This document shows, piece by piece, positions 8,848-14,966 of a DNA stretch of 61,660 bases. The notes under the pieces are model-generated. The model was not told where the DNA came from. It did no database searches and worked only from the letters and a program-made list of their open reading frames with translations. The DNA lies in contig JANOAX010000264.1 in the NCBI GenBank assembly GCA_031411335.1, forward strand, positions 1 through 61,660, read 5' to 3'. The DNA comes from Bacteroidota bacterium. Its GTDB lineage: Bacteria > Bacteroidota > Bacteroidia > AKYH767-A > OLB10. The translations under genes were made by a program, and so were the position numbers. Each line of letters opens with the position of its first letter. Within the stretch, counting starts at the first letter, position 1.

Positions 8848-10385
8848 AGTGTTGAACGATAGGTTTTGATTTGTTTGATAATTTCAATTGTTGGGTCGGC
8901 TTCACTTAATTTTAATTTATCTAACCTCCCAATAATTTCATCCAACTCAACTGTCTCTGTGTTTTTATTTGTTATTTGCTTTAATGCTTTTCTTAAATCC
9001 ATTTCTAAATAATAGTTTGAAGTAGATTTAACATTAAACACTCGATACAAAACATCTTCGGCTGGCCATCCATAAGTATTTGTCTGCTCAGGAATTTCAA
9101 CAGTCTCTATTTGCTCATCTCGTTTCAGTCCAATAATTTTAGAATTCTCGCCTTTCAAATCTGAAATGAGAAAATGAGAATGCGTTGCAATAATAAAGTG
9201 ACAACCAGTGTATTTCTTAAAGAGTTTATTTATGATTTCAAAGTATTGCATCTGCCAATTCGGATGCATGCTTATTTCTGGTTCGTCAATTAAAATAACA
9301 CTGTTGTCTTTTACTTTGGCTAATAAACCAATCAATGAAGTGAAGATATGGTATTCCCCTGAACTGCTGTCTTCAAAATCATAAACGGTATTTGTTTCTC
9401 CATTAATTACTTGAATGAATGGAAATGAAATCAGGTCTAACCAACCTAATTGTTTTATCATTTCAAATTCTTTCTTGATGTCAAGTTCGCCGAAAATGTG
9501 AAGTTCAAATTTCTTGCTGTTTGGGTGGTCATTACTATATGGAATAATTTTGTAAACCATCATTTGAATATAATTTACAATTGCTTGAAGTAAGTCTTTG
9601 TCGTTCTCAATTTTCCGAAAATGTTTTTCTCCTCTTAGTGGCGTTGTTCTATTCTTCTTTGCATAATCATTAAAAAACTCTTTAAGACCCTCAACCGATA
9701 ATTCTTTGCTGTAAATTTCTTTAAAGTATCTTGGTGTATATCCAATAATAATGTTCCCATTAATGTTTAAGTATTTTAAAATCTGTTCAAGATTTTCAAG
9801 AAAGTTCTTGTCATCTGAAATCTCGACAAGATTTTGTGCCGTAATACGAGCTAAGGTTCTTGTTCCAGCTACTGATGGTGTTCTTCGAACTCCTAAGTAA
9901 TTGTAAATATCAAAACCTTGCTTGGCTGCTATCACTGGAAATTTATCCGTTAACATGATCGAACTTGCTAAAAGTTTTTCGGGCAGTTGAATATCCATTA
10001 ATTCTTTTATTGGCTCCCCATTTTGCTTACAAGTTAACATTGAACCCTTTGTAAAAGCTTTTAGCAGTTTTATATTATCGCTTTTAACAATGTTTCCAAT
10101 CTCATAAACATTTTCATTGTATGAATACTTAATAAAAAAGCTGCCTGTTATGTGAAAGGGCCGCTTGCCTTGAATTTTATAATCAAATATTTCTCTGATA
10201 ATGTCAATAAGAGTTCTAAGTATATAACTTTTGCCTGTTCCGTTGGGCCCAATTAATATTGTAAAATAGTTCCCGTGAAGCTTATCATTATCATTTGTAA
10301 AAGACAAGTTGAGAGTTCCAAGATACCTGTTCTCGTAGGTTTGTAACTCATAAATTTTAAATCCTTTGTTCATAAAAAAATACAT
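8844..10385 (-). CDS. ptuA: ABC/AAA_15-21-type ATPase, Septu PtuA-like
   Basis: 513 aa with Walker A (GPNGTGKS), Walker B (VILIDEPEISMHP) and an H-loop (IATHSHFLISDL). It is paired by overlap with an HNH gene. The likely real start is MNKGFKIYEL at 10373. Confidence 0.75.
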   Translation of the reverse strand: MYFFMNKGFKIYELQTYENRYLGTLNLSFTNDNDKLHGNYFTILIGPNGTGKSYILRTLIDIIREIFDYKIQGKRPFHITGSFFIKYSYNENVYEIGNIVKSDNIKLLKAFTKGSMLTCKQNGEPIKELMDIQLPEKLLASSIMLTDKFPVIAAKQGFDIYNYLGVRRTPSVAGTRTLARITAQNLVEISDDKNFLENLEQILKYLNINGNIIIGYTPRYFKEIYSKELSVEGLKEFFNDYAKKNRTTPLRGEKHFRKIENDKDLLQAIVNYIQMMVYKIIPYSNDHPNSKKFELHIFGELDIKKEFEMIKQLGWLDLISFPFIQVINGETNTVYDFEDSSSGEYHIFTSLIGLLAKVKDNSVILIDEPEISMHPNWQMQYFEIINKLFKKYTGCHFIIATHSHFLISDLKGENSKIIGLKRDEQIETVEIPEQTNTYGWPAEDVLYRVFNVKSTSNYYLEMDLRKALKQITNKNTETVELDEIIGRLDKLKLSEADPTIEIIKQIKTYRSTL

Positions 10386-11612
10386 TTATAGTAACCCCCC
10401 TTCAAACGCTTTCTTCAAAATACTTTGCTTCAACATTTCTGCTTGATGTAGCGCGCTTGTAATTGCTTCTTCGACCTTATCACAAACACACAATCTGCTT
10501 TCAATTTCTCGAACAATCACCTTTTGCTCTTCCATAGGTGCAAATGGAATGATGGATGCTTTAAGTTGGGTTGTATTTATTCTTGGTCTTGTTGCTCCAT
10601 GAATATGATTTACTAGCTGATTTTGCATTGCCTTCGTTGAAAAATAAAATGCCAAATAATTCTTGTTGATTTTTGTTTCTTCAACCCGAACAAGAAAACA
10701 ATCTGCTTTGTTGATTGCTTTGTCAATGTAATCAGGTAGAATAACTGAACGAATTATACCCATAATAAAAGACGAAAAAATAATATCACCCTTGCCTACA
10801 GTATGTCGCTTTAGCGTCTCATATTTTTCATGTGATATGAACGTTTTGTGTTCATTTCTAAATTCCATTTCACCGATATTTTCCAAACGAATTACTCTTA
10901 CACCTTCGTTAACATAATCATTGCTTTTCAGATTAGATCCAAAAGGTCCATCTGATATTCTTTCAACTAATTCTTTTAGTTCAATTTGTTTCCATCTGTT
11001 TGGCAAATCACCGTTTACCTTTTTGTTTGTTAATCTACCTTCAAAGGCCCATTTTAAAACTGATTGCCTGTAAACTTTTAATTGCTGTTGGGCTATTTCA
11101 AGTTGCTGAATTCCATTTTCTAAATCACTTAAAAGTTCTTCGATTTTGGAAATGATTTCTTCTTGTTCTTTCATTGATGGCACAAGCAATTCAAAATTCC
11201 AAAGTAATGTTGGTTCTATGTGTGGAATACCGACACCTTTTGGTTTTGTGTTTAAGATTTGGAATTTGGAACTTATGAAGTGATACAAATATTCTTTATG
11301 AATATTTTCCTTTGGCAAAATTTTCATGAGTGTAGAACCAACTGCCCCTTTCTTTGCTTTACCAATCAACCCACATCTTGCACCATCCCAAACCATCAAC
11401 AAATCTTTGTCCTCACATAAATTACATTTTGCCCCGTTAGTGTATTCAGCAAAAATTCCTTTCTCAAATGCTTTGATGTTGATGTAAGGAATTTTACATT
11501 CTTTATTTACTTTTTCTACTAAAACCTGTGGCTTTTTTCCTTTGGAGTAAGTGCACACTTCCCCTAACTTTTTAAATTGGCTTTGCTTTTGTATTTTACT
11601 TTGTTCAATCAT
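10386..11612 (-). CDS. hsdS: Type I restriction-modification system specificity subunit
   Basis: 408 aa with two target-recognition domains. They are separated and followed by conserved coiled-coil spacers (EQEEIISKIEELLSDLENGIQQLEIAQQQLKVYRQSVLKWAFEG and EEQKVIVREIESRL...QAEMLKQSILKKAFEG). Confidence 0.9.
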   Translation of the reverse strand: MIEQSKIQKQSQFKKLGEVCTYSKGKKPQVLVEKVNKECKIPYINIKAFEKGIFAEYTNGAKCNLCEDKDLLMVWDGARCGLIGKAKKGAVGSTLMKILPKENIHKEYLYHFISSKFQILNTKPKGVGIPHIEPTLLWNFELLVPSMKEQEEIISKIEELLSDLENGIQQLEIAQQQLKVYRQSVLKWAFEGRLTNKKVNGDLPNRWKQIELKELVERISDGPFGSNLKSNDYVNEGVRVIRLENIGEMEFRNEHKTFISHEKYETLKRHTVGKGDIIFSSFIMGIIRSVILPDYIDKAINKADCFLVRVEETKINKNYLAFYFSTKAMQNQLVNHIHGATRPRINTTQLKASIIPFAPMEEQKVIVREIESRLCVCDKVEEAITSALHQAEMLKQSILKKAFEGGLL

Positions 11613-13387
11613 TACTGCAGTGCCGTAAATATTTTTTTAAATTTTATAACTGTTTGGTCACTTAATTCCACTTTTTCTTTTTGAAGAAATAATATTTGTA
11701 TGGCAGTATTGAACTTTGATTTATCATAATTTTGCACTGATTTGTCTAAATATTTTGTGATCTTTAGTCTTTCTGTGTCGTTAAACAGAAATTCGGTTGA
11801 GTAATTGTATGCGGGATCAATGTCTGTATAGGTTGTTATTTTATCTTCAACCACACCATTAAATTCGTCAACATAACGTTGTTTTGCCTTATTGCCTGGA
11901 GGATCACCATCTAGCAAGATTTTAAATTCTCGATTCCAAGCAAGATAGAGTGCAATTACTTGCTTGTTTCTATCTGCTCCTGTTCCCGGATAAAAATTCA
12001 GCGCGAATTCATTCTCTCCAAGTATAACTTCATTGATATATCGAAGGGCATAATAATCATTTTTTCCTTCTGTAATTATAATTTTTGGAACTTCTTCCAA
12101 TAAACCAGGTTGATAGTCCAACGCATCAAGAATAGGTTGAAAATAGGTTCTTTGCTCAGGATTCTGGCTTGCAAATTGTTTGTATGGGATAGCTTCAATA
12201 TCCGTTTTTTCGCTGTCAAAATTTAATTCATCATCATAATCAAGATTTTTATTTCGAATAATAAATGCGCCAGAAAGCCAATCTGGGTTTATTAAATGAT
12301 GACTATGTGTTGTATAAATCAATCTGCTTTTATCAACTAATTTCTCAAAAGTTTTTAGAAGATTTTTTTGAGCAGTGGAATGTAAATTAGAAGCGGGTTC
12401 ATCAAGAAGAAATAAAATTTCTCCTTCATTTTTCGATCGCATTTTTCTAAACTCAGTAAAAAGCAAAAATGTGAAAAACCATTTAAATCCCAAACTTCTT
12501 TCTGCTATCTGATAATGGTTTGAACCCTCCTTTAATCTGACTTCTAAGTAATATCTTTTCTCTGCGCCTTGCTCAATGTCTGGTTTTAAAATAATTTCTT
12601 TTCCTTTTGATTGGAAGAGTGTTTCCCATGCCTGAAAAACAGTTTTAGAAACTTTAGCACTCATTTTATTAATGGTTGACTCCAAAGCTTCCTTTGCATC
12701 ATCCTTCGTACTTTTCATTCGTTCAAGTAAATGTTCCTGGGTATTCAAACCACCACCAATTGAATCTAAAATATCACTGATTACTTCTCTATAAGTTCCC
12801 TGCTCCCCAGTTTCGGAGGCATACTTTTCTAAATATATTCTTGCAGGAAATGAAAATAAAAAGTCTGGATAGTAAATGATTGGTGGGATCAAATTACTCT
12901 CTATAAAATCGGTTATTTTTATCCAATCATCTGAATCCGATTTAATTGACCTTTTCCTCTTGGAATCTTCTTTTATCCCTTTTAACTCCAATTCCCATAT
13001 AGGGTCAGATTCTTCTATTACAAACACAGAATTTTTAAAAACTTTTACTTTCTCAATTTCAATTTTCTTAATCCCTTCCAAAGAATGAATTCCGATTGAT
13101 TTTGCATAATCTCTAATTGCCTTTTCATCCTGTTGGTCGAGCTTCAGAAAGGCTTTTATAGATACTGAGCCGTTGAAGTTTAATTTTTTTTCCTTAGGAA
13201 TTAGTTTGTGACATTCTTCATTGGGAATATCCTTTTTAAATAAAGTTATTGCTTCTAGGATGGAAGTTTTTCCGCTTTCATTAAGACCGACTAGAGTTAA
13301 CACTTTTGACTTTGGTTCTTTTTCCAAGTCAACAGTAAGGTCTTTGATTCCTTTGTAATTTTTAATAATAAACTTCGAATAACGCAT
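11612..13387 (-). CDS. OLD-family ABC ATPase fused to a C-terminal TOPRIM/DUF4435-like nuclease domain (class-1 OLD or fused PARIS AriA-AriB-like)
   Basis: 591 aa. The N-terminus is FIIKNYKGIKDL...VGLNESGKTSILEAI (Walker A). Other ATPase motifs are the signature-like SLGFKWFF, Walker B (LFLLDEPASNLH) and H-loop (YTTHSHHLI). The C-terminus has TOPRIM-type acidic motifs: IIITEGKNDYYALRYI (E440) and KILLDGDPPG (DxD, 493-495). Its stop overlaps the hsdS start by 1 nt. Confidence 0.75.
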   Translation of the reverse strand: MRYSKFIIKNYKGIKDLTVDLEKEPKSKVLTLVGLNESGKTSILEAITLFKKDIPNEECHKLIPKEKKLNFNGSVSIKAFLKLDQQDEKAIRDYAKSIGIHSLEGIKKIEIEKVKVFKNSVFVIEESDPIWELELKGIKEDSKRKRSIKSDSDDWIKITDFIESNLIPPIIYYPDFLFSFPARIYLEKYASETGEQGTYREVISDILDSIGGGLNTQEHLLERMKSTKDDAKEALESTINKMSAKVSKTVFQAWETLFQSKGKEIILKPDIEQGAEKRYYLEVRLKEGSNHYQIAERSLGFKWFFTFLLFTEFRKMRSKNEGEILFLLDEPASNLHSTAQKNLLKTFEKLVDKSRLIYTTHSHHLINPDWLSGAFIIRNKNLDYDDELNFDSEKTDIEAIPYKQFASQNPEQRTYFQPILDALDYQPGLLEEVPKIIITEGKNDYYALRYINEVILGENEFALNFYPGTGADRNKQVIALYLAWNREFKILLDGDPPGNKAKQRYVDEFNGVVEDKITTYTDIDPAYNYSTEFLFNDTERLKITKYLDKSVQNYDKSKFNTAIQILFLQKEKVELSDQTVIKFKKIFTALQ

Positions 13388-13399
13388 TAGTTTTAAGCT

Positions 13400-14044
13400 T
13401 TAAAGTTTAATACGGGTACATAGGTATTTAGAGCTAATAACATCGATCATCAAATAACCATCAAATAAGAATTGGCTGATTATCAATGCTAATTGGCTCC
13501 AGAATCGCATAATTGTCAAATAGCCATCAAATAATATTTTTGGGCTTTCTGTTACATACCTGTTACTTAAGAATTTGATTCTCGCGCGGGTTTTTATCAC
13601 ATGCCAGTCACATAACAAAGTGTTGGTTTTAAAGGGGTTAATTTTTGAAAGCCGGCTTTTAGTCACATACCCATCACATAATAATTTAGTCCAATAAATT
13701 GATTCTTTTACGAATCTATTGTATGCTTTTTGAAAGGAATACAACCCTTCCATCAAATAAACTTCCATTAAAGATTTGTGGCAAAATCGATTCCTTGTTA
13801 CATAGCCGTTACATAAGTTTTTGCCATTCAAAAGGGGTTCTATCACATGCCCATCACATACCAACATGATGATTTTCAATACTAAATTGTTAAAGGGGGG
13901 TCGTTCTATCACATGCCCATCATATAAACGTTGAGGGCAAAAACTCCCTTCAGGATTATCTTTTCCAGTCAAATACCAGTCAAAAGGGATTTTAAACATC
14001 TGCATGTTTTTAAAAATTGGTAGGTAATTGCTTTTCTCTATCAT
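13400..14044 (-). CDS. Basic repeat ORF with about 10 copies of L-[CFY]-[DN]-[GW]-[YH]-[VL]-[TI]; no family recognised and coding status uncertain
   Basis: A 214-aa ORF in an AT-rich stretch. All repeat-to-repeat distances are multiples of 3 (66, 36, 45, 66, 90, 45, 45, 66, 60 nt), so one frame is preserved. Composition is K/R/L/I/F/Y/C-rich and acid-poor. It sits between DUF3800 (76-nt gap) and the OLD-like gene (12-nt gap). Confidence 0.45.
   Translation of the reverse strand: MIEKSNYLPIFKNMQMFKIPFDWYLTGKDNPEGSFCPQRLYDGHVIERPPFNNLVLKIIMLVCDGHVIEPLLNGKNLCNGYVTRNRFCHKSLMEVYLMEGLYSFQKAYNRFVKESIYWTKLLCDGYVTKSRLSKINPFKTNTLLCDWHVIKTRARIKFLSNRYVTESPKILFDGYLTIMRFWSQLALIISQFLFDGYLMIDVISSKYLCTRIKL
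13450..13985 (-). repeat. Array of ten 17-nt units, each a hexamer pair spaced 11 nt start to start
   Basis: Plus-strand units by start position. 13450: tcaaat-aacca-tcaaat. 13516: tcaaat-agcca-tcaaat. 13552: ttacat-acctg-ttactt. 13597: tcacat-gccag-tcacat. 13663: tcacat-accca-tcacat. 13753: tcaaat-aaact-tccatt (degenerate). 13798: ttacat-agccg-ttacat. 13843: tcacat-gccca-tcacat. 13909: tcacat-gccca-tcatat. 13969: tcaaat-accag-tcaaaa. There is a higher-order repeat of about 246 bp (units at 13552/13597/13663 versus 13798/13843/13909). Confidence 0.85.
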
Positions 14045-14120
14045 TTGTTTTTACTTTTGCCTAATAAGTCTGCTAAGCATGAATGTCGGCTCCAAGCCGT
14101 TTTCGGGTGCAAAACCTGAA

Positions 14121-14966
14121 TTAGTGCTTTTGTGGACTTATTTTTTTTGATCCTGTTAAAGGGTTTTTAGGTGAATAATAGTTGCGCCATTCATAAAAAT
14201 TATTGGTATCGTATAAATCCACAACTAAAGAAATTTGCGGCAACAGAAAGTCGTAAAAGCGTGTTTCTCCTTTTTCAAATACGCGCTGAATTGTCCAACA
14301 AAAATAATCGGCTACACACAATAATGGTTCCTGTGTAGGATTTTGAACATTAAAAACAGTGTTGGCATTTATATCGTGCCGGGAAACTTTTTCTCCTGTG
14401 TTTTTTCTTGTGCGTGTTTCAGCTAAGCGTTCCTTCGCTTTTTCTAAAGCCAAAGTAAGGTTATGGTGTTTCGTACTACTGCCTCGCTCAGATACATTTA
14501 AAACCAGTTTGTGTTCTTTCTCAATTTTATTTTTAAGCAAATGCGAAAGTAAATCGGCATAAAAATATTCCTCTCTGCCTTTGTGTTTTGTTTCATAGCG
14601 TTCCAGAGATTTTCTTCCAACCACGGCTTCAAATGAACAGTTTAAGGATTTTATCAGATCGAAAAATAGTTTTCTGGTTTCTGGTAAATCATCCGTTGCA
14701 TGAAAATAAAATCCAGTTGCATTTTTCTTTTTTAATACAGATGGCGCTTGAAAATATGGATCGTTTGCTATTTTTTCTTGCAATACTACTACTTTATCGC
14801 GGACGTCTTCTAGTGGCTCTTTAAACTTCACCATACCAATAATAAAACAGCTGGAAACACCTTGATTGCCTAAAATTGCTTTTTTACCCTTGCCATAAAA
14901 TGAAGTATCACCGGCCTCATCTAAAAAGCGGTGGTTCGATTTTATTTTTTTATTATTCAAGCTCAT
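14121..14966 (-). CDS. DUF3800-family protein
   Basis: 281 aa with the hallmark N-terminal FLDEAGD motif, a mid-protein FHATDD and a C-terminal LLCVADYFCWTIQR segment. Its ATG overlaps the hsdR stop (TAATG, nt 14964-14968). Confidence 0.7.
   Translation of the reverse strand: MSLNNKKIKSNHRFLDEAGDTSFYGKGKKAILGNQGVSSCFIIGMVKFKEPLEDVRDKVVVLQEKIANDPYFQAPSVLKKKNATGFYFHATDDLPETRKLFFDLIKSLNCSFEAVVGRKSLERYETKHKGREEYFYADLLSHLLKNKIEKEHKLVLNVSERGSSTKHHNLTLALEKAKERLAETRTRKNTGEKVSRHDINANTVFNVQNPTQEPLLCVADYFCWTIQRVFEKGETRFYDFLLPQISLVVDLYDTNNFYEWRNYYSPKNPLTGSKKISPQKH

Noticed and set aside
10386-11612. Phase-variable hsdS shufflon
   Set aside because: There is only one hsdS copy, no silent or partial hsdS genes, no inverted repeats inside hsdS noticed by eye, and no recombinase gene in the island.
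11612-13387. Gabija system (GajA-like ATPase-TOPRIM)
   Set aside because: No GajB/UvrD-like helicase gene follows. The downstream gene is hsdS and the upstream element is the repeat ORF, so it was called OLD-class-1/PARIS-like instead.
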